DNA of 64,000 nt from positions 13,434 through 77,433 of the forward strand of contig JAGWAD010000022.1 of the NCBI GenBank assembly GCA_018302105.1, given 5' to 3'. The DNA comes from Candidatus Woesearchaeota archaeon. GTDB taxonomy: Archaea > Nanobdellota > Nanobdellia > SCGC-AAA011-G17 > GW2011-AR18. This document shows positions 28,880 through 38,312 of the stretch, one piece after another; position 1 is the stretch's first letter, and each line of letters begins with the position of its first letter. The notes beneath the pieces were generated by a model, which saw only the letters and a program-made list of their open reading frames with translations, did not search any database and was not told the DNA's origin. The position numbers were made by a program, and so were the translations under genes.

Positions 28880-30874
28880 TTATGGTTTTGTTAAAAAAAT
28901 TGAACAAAACCCACCATCAAAACCGAAACCTGTACCGTTGATAACATTATGCACTAAAATTTTTACATCATCCCTAATTTTATCATATGGATTTTTATAT
29001 ATATCACCATAAAAAGATGTAGATTCAGTAATTGAAATATAAAAATCTGTTAAAGCCTTTGATCTATCACCATTATATTCTTTTAGTTTATCTGATAATA
29101 TTCTAGCGCCAAATTTTAAATTTTCCAAAGGATCCATAGTTCTGCCACCTTTGTTATTATAATTTGGATTAGGCAATAAGAAATTAATATCAGATATTGA
29201 AATAAATTCTTCCTTTGCACTAAAATCTATTCCAGCGTAAATCCTGTTTACTCTTATAATCTGTCTTAATAATTGGGCTTCTAATCCATATTCTGCTGCA
29301 ACATCATCAATTACTTTATTATCTATTTTAAATCTAGAATTTAATGTTCCTTCTGCAGCTTGTCTTGTGGCTAATTCATAGATTCTTCTAAAATTATGAT
29401 TATAACTATCTAAACTTAAATCAGCTAACTTTTCCATGTTTATAGCTTCTTTTCTTTCTCTCTCTTTTAAATATTCATTATACTTCAATCCGCCAACTGT
29501 TACACAAGCTAAAAACGCAATTGCAGCAGGAACAGAAATTTTTTTTAATGTTCTTTTTCTTTTGCTATTCTTTATCTTTTTTTCTAAATTTGTTATTATT
29601 TCATAAGAATTGGAACTTTCTGAGTTTATTACAGGTTCAATAATGTTAGTTTGTGATGCTTGTATTTTTGGATTATATTCAGTTTTTAGTTCTTCATAAG
29701 TTAAGCTTTCTTTTGTATAAGTATCTGGCAAAGACAATTTTTTCTTAAATTCCTCTTTTATAATTCCAGATTGAATTGCATAGTCTAATCTTATCATTGC
29801 CTCTTCAAAAAATAGTGAAGACATTTTATTAAGTTTTTTCCAGTTGTCTGAATCATGCGATCTTTTTAAGTATCTTTTAGCAGCCAATAAATTTTCAAGT
29901 ACCTGATTTTTAATATGCAATCTAGATGATAATTCTCTTTCTTCAATATTGTCATAAAATTTTCTTGCAGCCATTCTTGCAATTTCATTTTCTTCTTCTA
30001 ATTTTAAGTCAGATTTCATCAATAATTTGTCAATATCATATTCAAATAAACCATTAGAAGAACTATTCGCCCAATCAATATATACTTTACCATAAGATGT
30101 AAGCAGAATATTTCCAGGATGTAAATCTCCATGTATGTTATATTTAGCCCCAGAATCTAAGTCTCTTCCAATTTCTTCTTCAAATAATCTTAATAATTCT
30201 TCATTGCCTTTAATTTGACCATTCAAATAATATTTTAAAAATGCTAAATGGGATTTACCCATTCTTTTAGGAATTTTTAGGTTATTGTCATTTCTATTTA
30301 AGTGAGAGAACAATCTAACATAATCACTTACAACATCTGAAACTATATCAAACTTATCTTCAGTTTTCTCCAGTCTTTCAAAAAGTGTTGCACCATCAAT
30401 AAAAGGAGAAATAATTATTCTTCTTCTTGAATTAATAAATTTAATTTCTGGAACTGATGAGCCAAAATCTGAACCAAGTTCTTTATATATCTGTGATTGG
30501 ACATTGACAGCATGCTTTAAATCTTCTTTTTTGGAAAATTTTTTTATAAAATTTCTTATTTCTACACTATTTGTTAGTTTCAAGACTGCTTCTGCTACAT
30601 ATCCATCACTTTCTATTGTATTTTTGGTTATGCTGTTTATTATATTGACTGTAGGAGATAATACTTCAGTACCCCTTTGATTAACAATATCTTCTAGTTT
30701 TCTAAGTTCTTGTAAGCTGATTTCTCCTCTTTTAGTTAATCTCTCAATATTTGACAGTATTACGTCAATTAAATAAGATTCATAACTATTTCCTAATAAT
30801 TCTCTCAATGATAAATTTACTCCTTGACCCATATAATATTTACAAGAACAACCTTTATAAATCTTTCTAATCAT
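28880..30874 (-). CDS. kinase-like domain / single TM / SLT-like (lytic transglycosylase) domain fusion protein
   Basis: IHGDLHPGNILL plus YIDWA (APH/choline-kinase-type catalytic loop and metal-binding residues). Hydrophobic ISVPAAIAFLACVTVGGL segment. C-terminal region VAAEYGLEAQLLRQII...DPLENLKFGARILSDKLKEYNGDRSKALTDFY resembles an SLT domain. Confidence 0.55.
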   Translation of the reverse strand: MIRKIYKGCSCKYYMGQGVNLSLRELLGNSYESYLIDVILSNIERLTKRGEISLQELRKLEDIVNQRGTEVLSPTVNIINSITKNTIESDGYVAEAVLKLTNSVEIRNFIKKFSKKEDLKHAVNVQSQIYKELGSDFGSSVPEIKFINSRRRIIISPFIDGATLFERLEKTEDKFDIVSDVVSDYVRLFSHLNRNDNNLKIPKRMGKSHLAFLKYYLNGQIKGNEELLRLFEEEIGRDLDSGAKYNIHGDLHPGNILLTSYGKVYIDWANSSSNGLFEYDIDKLLMKSDLKLEEENEIARMAARKFYDNIEERELSSRLHIKNQVLENLLAAKRYLKRSHDSDNWKKLNKMSSLFFEEAMIRLDYAIQSGIIKEEFKKKLSLPDTYTKESLTYEELKTEYNPKIQASQTNIIEPVINSESSNSYEIITNLEKKIKNSKRKRTLKKISVPAAIAFLACVTVGGLKYNEYLKERERKEAINMEKLADLSLDSYNHNFRRIYELATRQAAEGTLNSRFKIDNKVIDDVAAEYGLEAQLLRQIIRVNRIYAGIDFSAKEEFISISDINFLLPNPNYNNKGGRTMDPLENLKFGARILSDKLKEYNGDRSKALTDFYISITESTSFYGDIYKNPYDKIRDDVKILVHNVINGTGFGFDGGFCSIFLTKP

Positions 30875-30971
30875 TGTCCTTAAATAGTGGTAATATAATT
30901 AAATTTTAAAATTACCAAATAGTAACAACAAATCATAAACTTTATAAGCTTTTAATTTTTTACAAATCCTA

Positions 30972-31688
30972 ATGGAAATAATAAGTTCACAATTCAGTGC
31001 AGGATATAGATTTGCAGAAAAAGAAATAAGAGAAGTATTATCTCCAGAATATATTGAATTTCTAAAAGAAGCAGGTTATGTAGATTTAAAAGAAACTCCA
31101 AACTTATATGTTTCAGGAAAATTATTGATTATGGATAATGATGTAAGAACTGTATGCCAGTCTCATCCAGAAATAGGAATTGATCATACAAGTTATGCTC
31201 CAAATGAAATCATAACAAAAATAAATCAAGATAAGTCAAGAAAACTTGTTGAAAATTTAAGAGGACTAAATGGAAATTATGGAAAAGTATTAACAACAGC
31301 AATCATATATCGATTATTTATTCCTAAAATTAAAAAAGCTGCAAATTCTGGAGACTCATGTGCAAAAGCAACTTTGAATGAAATGGTTAGAGGATATTCA
31401 GAATTAATGGAAGATGAAGTTTTAAATAGAAGAAAATTGAAAATAGAAAAGGCTTATAGAAATTTAGAACAACTTCCGCAAAGCGATTATTTTGATAATC
31501 TTAATCTTAATGAATTTGGATATCCGAAAGTTACTAAAGAAGAAGGAGAATTTTATCTACATAATAATCTAAATTTAGAAAGGATAGTTGCTTTACGTAG
31601 CTGGGGCTATGGGCTGGACTTGTATCTTAACTGGGAGCCTTCTATTGGGGGCGACAAACTGGGGGTACGTTTCGTAAATTTTTTTTAA
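30972..31688 (+). CDS. hypothetical protein
   Basis: 238-aa ORF divergent from the kinase-SLT gene. Confidence 0.4.
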   Translation: MEIISSQFSAGYRFAEKEIREVLSPEYIEFLKEAGYVDLKETPNLYVSGKLLIMDNDVRTVCQSHPEIGIDHTSYAPNEIITKINQDKSRKLVENLRGLNGNYGKVLTTAIIYRLFIPKIKKAANSGDSCAKATLNEMVRGYSELMEDEVLNRRKLKIEKAYRNLEQLPQSDYFDNLNLNEFGYPKVTKEEGEFYLHNNLNLERIVALRSWGYGLDLYLNWEPSIGGDKLGVRFVNFF

Positions 31689-31767
31689 TTTGATTTTAAA
31701 ATAATTATAACACTCTTAATTCTAAATAAAAAGATAACAATTTAAATTTTTCTATAATTTAAACACT

Positions 31768-32259
31768 ATGGGAATAGAAGAGATAATAAATAGGAAAAAC
31801 TTAATCGTGAAGGAGTTTATAAGAACATTTGGTTCTTATCCAAGGCTTCAAGTTTGAAGATCAATTGAAAAATAGAGTTATTCAAAGTTCTCTAGAGAAC
31901 CTAAAAAAGCCCTGGAGATGTTTTTAAAAAATAAGGAAAATCCAAATGCTGTAAATAGGGCAATAAGTATCTATTTTAGCATGAAGCAAGATGACAAAGC
32001 TAAAAAATTATACTTGCAAAGTGCAGCAGAAAATATTTTTTTATTCTCAAAGCTTTTAAAAAAAGAAATTAATTTTCTACCAAAGGAATTAAAAATAATA
32101 GGTCAAAGATATTTACAAAATTATGGCTTTAAGTCTTTATTAGAAGAAATTAATAAGCATATTGGAGATAATGAAATTGCATTAAGGATTGGAAGAATGA
32201 ACCTGCCATTAATACCCATTGATACTGCACAGAAATTTATGGAAAAGAAAATGCCTTAA
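31768..32259 (+). pseudogene. hypothetical gene broken by two frame shifts
   Basis: ORF 31768-31857 (MGIEEIINRK...), a middle-frame segment, and ORF 31918-32259 join into one protein of about 160 aa if one G is removed near 31843 and one A is added to the A6 run near 31905. Confidence 0.3.
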
Positions 32260-32557
32260 GATTATATGACTCTTGCATATCAGAATTAATTGATCATCAG
32301 CCAGATGTTATTCAAGACAATTATAAAGATACAAATGCAATTATAAAAGTTGTTAATAATTTTCAGCCAGAAAGTTTTAGCAATGATTTTTCTTTTTGCA
32401 ATAAACAAACTTAATTTTAAAAGGTCAATATCAGCAGTTATGGCAAAGCAGGTCACATATAACACATTAAGAAAACAATTAGGAATGCCAGTATAGTTTT
32501 TAATAGTTAATTTCTTCTACATAAATCTTTAAATTAATAATTATGTAAGCTATTCTT

Positions 32558-33169
32558 ATGTCAGAAGATAATTTAATCACATACGAGAATATTTACGAAA
32601 TATTAAGGATGGAGAAATATAAAAAAGACCTCTATAAATTAGACAAAGATTTTTTTGATAAAGTTACAAGATATTTGAATGAAAAGAAAACAATATTACA
32701 GGGTTATGAATCAAAAGAAAGTGTTTTTGCTTCGCAGAGCATTATAAAACTAAAAAAACAGTTGGATAATATCTATTTAATACTTAATGAGTTATATGAA
32801 AAAAGAGAAGCAAAAATAATGCAGATGGCCTTGTTTAATTCAAGAACAAATTCTCAATTACAGGATGAAGATATTTTGTTGGATGAGGAAAAGAAAGTAT
32901 ATTATTCAATTATAAACTTATTAAATATATCAAGAGATTCAATATTAAAAAATATACTGGAAGGAAAAAAACCAGAAGTAAAAATCGAAGAAAAAATAGA
33001 TGCCAAACCTAAAACAAACTTAAAATTAGTCAGATTTTTAGAGCCAGTTCCTAAGTTTATGGGTGAAGATATGACTGTATTTGGACCATTTAATACTGAA
33101 GATATTGGCAATTTGCCTGAAAAGATAGCAACAATTCTAATAAAAGGGAATAAAGCTGAAGAAATTTAA
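32558..33169 (+). CDS. hypothetical protein
   Basis: 203 aa, helical N-terminal half. Confidence 0.4.
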   Translation: MSEDNLITYENIYEILRMEKYKKDLYKLDKDFFDKVTRYLNEKKTILQGYESKESVFASQSIIKLKKQLDNIYLILNELYEKREAKIMQMALFNSRTNSQLQDEDILLDEEKKVYYSIINLLNISRDSILKNILEGKKPEVKIEEKIDAKPKTNLKLVRFLEPVPKFMGEDMTVFGPFNTEDIGNLPEKIATILIKGNKAEEI

Positions 33170-33336
33170 AAGAGAACTTTGCAAAACAACATTTCTAATA
33201 ATTCTTTAGGCTTAAAACATCAAAATTATTGAGTTCCACAGGAAAAAATCACCAAAAAACTTAATTATTCAAACTTCTCTAAAAAAATAATTTTAACTAA
33301 TAATTTTGAAACAAAATATTTAAAAAGATATGAATA

Positions 33337-33660
33337 TTGCAGATTTATATGCAGGAAATAACAGATTCTACATTTGAAAAAGAAGTTCTTAATTCAGATA
33401 AACCTGTAGTTTTAGATGCATGGGCTCCTTGGTGCGCCCCTTGTTTGGGTATGGCTCCAATATTCGAAGAATTAAGCAAAGAAATGAAAAATGTAAAATT
33501 TGTTAAGATGAATGTTGATGAAAATCAGGAAACACCAAGTAAATATTTTGTCCAGAGCATTCCAACATTTTTAATTTTCAAAAATGGAAAATTAATTGCT
33601 AATATAGTTGGAGGAAGACCAAAATCTGTTTTTAAATCTGAGATTGAGAAAGCATTATAA
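33337..33660 (+). CDS. trxA: thioredoxin
   Basis: WAPWCAPC active site (CAPC variant of CGPC) and cis-Pro IPTFLIF. 107 aa. Confidence 0.85.
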   Translation: MQIYMQEITDSTFEKEVLNSDKPVVLDAWAPWCAPCLGMAPIFEELSKEMKNVKFVKMNVDENQETPSKYFVQSIPTFLIFKNGKLIANIVGGRPKSVFKSEIEKAL

Positions 33661-33719
33661 TTATTCTTAAGTAGTGAAAATAGTTAATTTTATAAATCTA
33701 ATTGAAATAATTTAAATTC

Positions 33720-35282
33720 ATGGATTTAAGAAATATTACTAAGGCTTTTGTAGGTTATGGATTATTGACAGCATTTGGAACTTATTTTATATTAGATAAA
33801 TTCGATAATCCAAAAAAAAGCGTTAATAAAGTTGAAATAGCAGAGGAAGTAGAAAGGAAAAAAGAAGCAGCAAAAGAAGATTATTTTGAATTTCTAAGAA
33901 CTAGACAAGATGGTGCAGATGTTTTCAAATATAAAATTGAAGGAGAAAAAAATTTAGACGAAATTGCAATTAAGTTTAATCAGGTAGATTCTTTAGCATT
34001 TGGAGACAAATATGCTGAAGTAAGTTCAACTAATCTGGTGCATTCTGATGGAAAAAGTTACATTGAAGACTTAGATGATAAAAATTCTATCTATTTACTA
34101 GCAAGAAAAAGTGAGTCTGTAATTGTTACTAAAAAATTAAATAGTGAAAACGGGCAATTTTTTGCAATTTTGACAAATAATGATGATTTAGAAGAAAGAC
34201 ATATAAAAAATATTAAAATAGCTTATAAATTATTAAGATCAAAAAAGATAGATCCATGTAATCTTTATGTTGTATCTGGTCCAAATCAAAATACAGAATG
34301 TAAATTAGATTTTCCAGTTAATCAAGCTCCAGCAAAACAAGGAATTTTAAATGCTATTCAGTCTATAAAAGAGAGAGCAACATCTAAAGATTCTTTGCTT
34401 GTCTATATAACTGGTCATGGTTCTAAAGGAGAAATTAAATTTGAAAATGAAAATGGTTTGTCTTATGCGAAATTTAGGAGATTAATTGAAGAGCTAAATT
34501 TAAATCTAGTTATTGCTTTTTCAGATCAATGTTATGGTGGAGGAATTGTAAAAGAATTTAAAAAAAGTGAACATCGAACAATTTCTTTCTCCCCAACATA
34601 TACAGAAGACCTTACACAATGTCACTTATTTACTCCAAATTTGTGGGAGATTCTTGGCCATAACCTATTTGATATTAACAAAGATAGTAAAACATCTGTA
34701 AAAGAAGCATTTATTTTAGCATATGGAATATATAAGACAGCTATACGTAATCCAAATATTATAAGTAAACCGCCTTCTAGAGAAAGGCTTTCTGAATTAT
34801 CTAAAAATTTAATTAGTAGAGAAACTACAGTTAATTTATTGGAAGATTCAGAGATTGAATATGATGGGTTAATTGCAACAACTGGAAATATTGAAGATAC
34901 TACAATTGATGGAAAAATTTTAGGTAATAAAAATAAAAATTCATTAGTATTGGAATTAGATTATAACAACTATGAAACTAATGTTTTAAATTCAAAATTA
35001 CCAGTTATTGTGGATATTTATACAAAATGGTGCACTTTCTGTAAAGTATTAGGAAAGGATCTGCCTAAAATTGCTTCTAAATATGATAGCAAAGTAAAAT
35101 TTACAAAAATTGATTATGAATCTGAACGTGCAGCAGAAATAATAAAGAGTCATACCAAGGAAGTTGTAAATGGTTTTCCTAGGATATTATTTGTAAAAGA
35201 TAAGCAAATAATTTATGCCCAAGATGGATATAGTGAAAGTGCTGATCTGGAAGCAAAAATAAAAGAGGAGTTTGGATTATAA
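33720..35282 (+). CDS. membrane-anchored caspase-like (clan CD, C14/C13-type) peptidase domain fused to a C-terminal thioredoxin-fold domain
   Basis: N-terminal TM helix. YITGHGSKGE (His) and FSDQCYGGG (Cys) about 40 residues apart, as in caspase/metacaspase dyads. C-terminal YTKWCTFCKVLG (CxxC) with cis-Pro GFPRILF. Confidence 0.55.
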   Translation: MDLRNITKAFVGYGLLTAFGTYFILDKFDNPKKSVNKVEIAEEVERKKEAAKEDYFEFLRTRQDGADVFKYKIEGEKNLDEIAIKFNQVDSLAFGDKYAEVSSTNLVHSDGKSYIEDLDDKNSIYLLARKSESVIVTKKLNSENGQFFAILTNNDDLEERHIKNIKIAYKLLRSKKIDPCNLYVVSGPNQNTECKLDFPVNQAPAKQGILNAIQSIKERATSKDSLLVYITGHGSKGEIKFENENGLSYAKFRRLIEELNLNLVIAFSDQCYGGGIVKEFKKSEHRTISFSPTYTEDLTQCHLFTPNLWEILGHNLFDINKDSKTSVKEAFILAYGIYKTAIRNPNIISKPPSRERLSELSKNLISRETTVNLLEDSEIEYDGLIATTGNIEDTTIDGKILGNKNKNSLVLELDYNNYETNVLNSKLPVIVDIYTKWCTFCKVLGKDLPKIASKYDSKVKFTKIDYESERAAEIIKSHTKEVVNGFPRILFVKDKQIIYAQDGYSESADLEAKIKEEFGL

Positions 35283-35283
35283 T

Positions 35284-35922
35284 ATGAAAATAAGAAATAT
35301 TTTAGGGGGTGTTGTAATTGGGGGTTTATCAATAGCAATTGGAACTTACTCAATATTTGATGTATTTGACAATCCAAAACCCAAGAATTTACCAAATCAA
35401 ACTGAAATAACTAAACAGGTTCCTGATAAAACTGAAGAAACAAAATTCAAATCTTTTAAAAAGCAAGATAAAACTGAAGATCAGTATTTGTTTGGCGTAC
35501 TAATCAATACTAATGATTTAGATTTAAAAAATAAAGATAATGTAAGAACAGTTTATAGATTTTTAAGATCAAGAAATATTAATCCATGTTATTTATATGT
35601 AGCATCAGGACCAAATCAAAATATAGAATGTGCTATTTATTATGTAAATCAGGATTCAAGTTTAGAAGGAATATCAAAAGCATTAGACCAAATTAAATTA
35701 AGAATATATCCTTCAGATACAATTTTAGTTTATTTAACAAGCAATAGTAAAGAAGATATAAAATTATCAGACTCAAGTGTTGTTAGTTACAATAAGCTCA
35801 ATGAAATGGTTATTGGAACAGGAATAAAGAATATAGAAATTCTTGCAGGTGATGTAAATCAGCAGACCTTAGAAAGGATAGTGGAAAAACCATATAAAAA
35901 CAAGATGCAAAACAGTAAATAA
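35284..35922 (+). CDS. catalytically degenerate paralogue of the caspase-like protein, with TM anchor and no thioredoxin domain
   Basis: Aligns with the upstream gene (VYRFLRSRNINPCYLYVASGPNQNIEC versus AYKLLRSKKIDPCNLYVVSGPNQNTEC). The His position reads LTSNSKED and the Cys position reads LAGDVNQQ. Start taken at the ATG just after the upstream stop. Confidence 0.5.
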   Translation: MKIRNILGGVVIGGLSIAIGTYSIFDVFDNPKPKNLPNQTEITKQVPDKTEETKFKSFKKQDKTEDQYLFGVLINTNDLDLKNKDNVRTVYRFLRSRNINPCYLYVASGPNQNIECAIYYVNQDSSLEGISKALDQIKLRIYPSDTILVYLTSNSKEDIKLSDSSVVSYNKLNEMVIGTGIKNIEILAGDVNQQTLERIVEKPYKNKMQNSK

Positions 35923-35952
35923 ATTTATTAATTCTTCTAAAACATTTAATTC

Positions 35953-36729
35953 ATGTACTTAGTCACAATTGGAGAAATCTTCCTTAAAGGAGAAAACAGG
36001 ATTACTTTTGAAAGAAAGTTAATGAGAAATATGAGATTTGCTTTAGATCTAAAACCAGATGAAATACAAAGACATAGAAACAGGTATTTAATTTTGAATG
36101 ATGAAAATATAAACCAATTACAAACAGTTTTTGGAGTCAATAGTTATTCTAAAACTATAAAATGCAATCCAGATGAAATAAAAGAAACAGCATTGTCTTT
36201 AATAAAAAATGAAAAAACCTTTCGGGTATCTTCAAAAACAATACAGTTAATAAATAAAAATTCAATAGAATTAAATAATGAAATTGGGGAATATATTATT
36301 AAAAATAAGGATATAAAAGTTAATTTAGAAAATCCAGAAATAAATATAAGAATTGAAGAAATTTCAGGAAAAATTTATCTCTATACTGAAATAATAAAAG
36401 GTCCTGGTGGCCTGCCAGTTGGTTGTTCAGGTTATGTTTACATTCGCGTTAAAGATGAATTAAAAGCTTCTGTTGCTGCATATCTGATGATGAAACGTGG
36501 ATGTAAAATTTACTTATCTAGTGACCTTCCATTAATGCATAAGTTTGCAAAATCATTTAAACTTAAAGTAAGGGAAGAGTATGATAATGATTTTATTGTT
36601 ACAGATGAAACTTTTGAAAATATAGATTTAAAAGAAAACCAAAAATTTATTTTAAAACCTTTAATTGGTTACTCTGAAGAAGAAATAAATAAAATTTATA
36701 ATAAAATAGTAAACATTAATTCTGAATAA
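35953..36729 (+). CDS. THUMP-domain protein (ThiI N-terminal-like, lacks the PP-loop)
   Basis: MYLVTIGEIFLKGENRITFERKLMRN matches the ThiI/THUMP ferredoxin-like N-terminus. No SGGxDS motif and only 258 aa. Confidence 0.5.
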   Translation: MYLVTIGEIFLKGENRITFERKLMRNMRFALDLKPDEIQRHRNRYLILNDENINQLQTVFGVNSYSKTIKCNPDEIKETALSLIKNEKTFRVSSKTIQLINKNSIELNNEIGEYIIKNKDIKVNLENPEINIRIEEISGKIYLYTEIIKGPGGLPVGCSGYVYIRVKDELKASVAAYLMMKRGCKIYLSSDLPLMHKFAKSFKLKVREEYDNDFIVTDETFENIDLKENQKFILKPLIGYSEEEINKIYNKIVNINSE

Positions 36730-36787
36730 TATCAATTAAGAAACTTTATATAGGATTGTTAATTTATAAAAAACGGAGGGTGATATT

Positions 36788-37264
36788 ATGAAAAAAATAA
36801 TATTTACAGTTTTAGTTTTTGGCATTTTATTTTTAGCTGCCTGCGGCCAGACACAGAATACAGGAAGCACTTCAGGTTCTGGATTTTCAGGAAATTTGGC
36901 ACAGGCTATAAGTTCTGGAAAAAGTATGAAATGTACTATGGATACACAGGGTGTAAAATTAGATACTTATATTAAAGGTAAAAAAGCCAGGTCTGAATCT
37001 TTAATCCAAGGAATGAAATCAATAACAATTTTGGATGAAAATAATTGTGCTTGGGTATGGAGTGAAAGTTCAACACAGGGTACAAAAATATGCACAGATG
37101 CAAAAACAACAGGAAATAACCAACAGGTTTCAGGTTCTAATATTGATCCAAATATCAAAGTAAGTTGTAATGAAATGATGTTGGAAGATAGTTTATTTAT
37201 GCCGCCTATTAATATGAAGTTCACTGATTTAAACCAGATGATGAAAAATGTGCCAGGAGCATAG
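36788..37264 (+). CDS. secreted lipoprotein, hypothetical
   Basis: Signal peptide with lipobox LAAC. A GGAGGG Shine-Dalgarno sequence lies 6 nt upstream. Confidence 0.5.
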   Translation: MKKIIFTVLVFGILFLAACGQTQNTGSTSGSGFSGNLAQAISSGKSMKCTMDTQGVKLDTYIKGKKARSESLIQGMKSITILDENNCAWVWSESSTQGTKICTDAKTTGNNQQVSGSNIDPNIKVSCNEMMLEDSLFMPPINMKFTDLNQMMKNVPGA

Positions 37265-37280
37265 ATTTATTTTTTCTTTT

Positions 37281-37880
37281 TTATTTTATATATTCTACAT
37301 CAGGTAGAAATTCAAATTGTTTATCTCCAGTTAAAAAGCTATATCCTTCAATTTGTGATATTGTATAACCTAAAACATCAATATAAGAAAATTCTCTTTT
37401 ATTATTTTTCAGTTTGAATTGTGCAGCTAAAAAAATATGTTCATCTTTGATTGTTAATGCAAATGGTGCAAATTTATCAAATTTCTCTCCAAACTTTTTT
37501 AACAAGCAATAATAAACTTCGAGCAGATTTCATTTGATAGAAAAGAAAGGAAATTTAGTAAAACCTGCATAATTTTCATTGCCGTATGCCATTCCTATAA
37601 TAACATAACTATCTAAAAAATAAATTGTTTCTGCGTTTTTCACGTTCTGCCTCCTCTTTTCTTATTTCATCTTTAAATTTTTGCATATCTATCTTAGGCA
37701 TTCACTTTAGTGTTCCAAATATTTCTTTTAACGGGTTGTTGACATGCTTAACGAATGTTACATCAATTTTATCTCCAGGTTTAATATTCTCTTTATTTGC
37801 AATATTTTTAGGTAAAACAATTCCAAATGAATTACCACATAATTATACATGTCTAATTAATATAAACATTTTTTGTATAA
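37281..37880 (-). pseudogene. decayed toxin-antitoxin-like pair: AbrB/MazE-type antitoxin remnant and a downstream ORF, each with an in-frame stop
   Basis: Minus-strand translation of 37690-37870 gives MFILIRHV*LCGNSFGIVLPKNIANKENIKPGDKIDVTF... (AbrB swapped-hairpin consensus interrupted by TAA). The 37281-37505 ORF continues upstream through an in-frame TGA (...FFSIK*NLLEVYYCLLKKFGEKF...). Confidence 0.3.
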
Positions 37881-37884
37881 AAAA

Positions 37885-38088
37885 TTAAAAATTAACTACA
37901 ATTACTGGCTGCAGACATATTCTTTCATACTTGTCCCATTCCATACATTCAGATCTGTAATTAAACTTATTTTTTACATAATCTACTACAGGAGAACTTA
38001 CTTTAGTAGACGCACATGAATACATGCTTAGTGCAAATAAAGCAGTAGTTATTCCTATTTTTGTTTTATTTAATATATTTTCAAGCAT
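37885..38088 (-). CDS. small putative lipoprotein
   Basis: 67 aa. Hydrophobic N-terminus with LSMYSCAS lipobox-like cysteine. Confidence 0.3.
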   Translation of the reverse strand: MLENILNKTKIGITTALFALSMYSCASTKVSSPVVDYVKNKFNYRSECMEWDKYERICLQPVIVVNF

Positions 38089-38312
38089 TTTTTAATCACC
38101 TCAAGAAATATAAATAATCTAAAGTTAAAAAGCATTTACCAAAAAATTTAGAAATATTTTCAAAATCTATAAAAATTAACATTTAAAATATAAAATTATT
38201 TGATTAATAATAGAAAAATCAGAATATGTCTGTGAAAAATTGCATTAATAAATAAAAATTAAATAAAAATACTTATAAAGAATTGAAATAATCTATTTTA
38301 GGGTGTAAGTAT

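Noticed and set aside
32260-32557. Short ORF fragments after the frameshifted 31768-32259 gene
   Set aside because: They are too short and unsupported. They are likely residual decayed sequence or non-coding spacer.
37506-37620. In-frame TGA read as possible evidence for stop-codon recoding
   Set aside because: Every conserved gene in the window reads through in the standard code (dnaK, srp54, ftsY and others), and TGA terminates the 435-734 gene. A pseudogene is the simpler explanation.
37625-37888. 87-aa plus-strand ORF
   Set aside because: It is antisense to an AbrB-type antitoxin-like reading frame. Its low-complexity hydrophobic composition is typical of shadow ORFs in AT-rich DNA.
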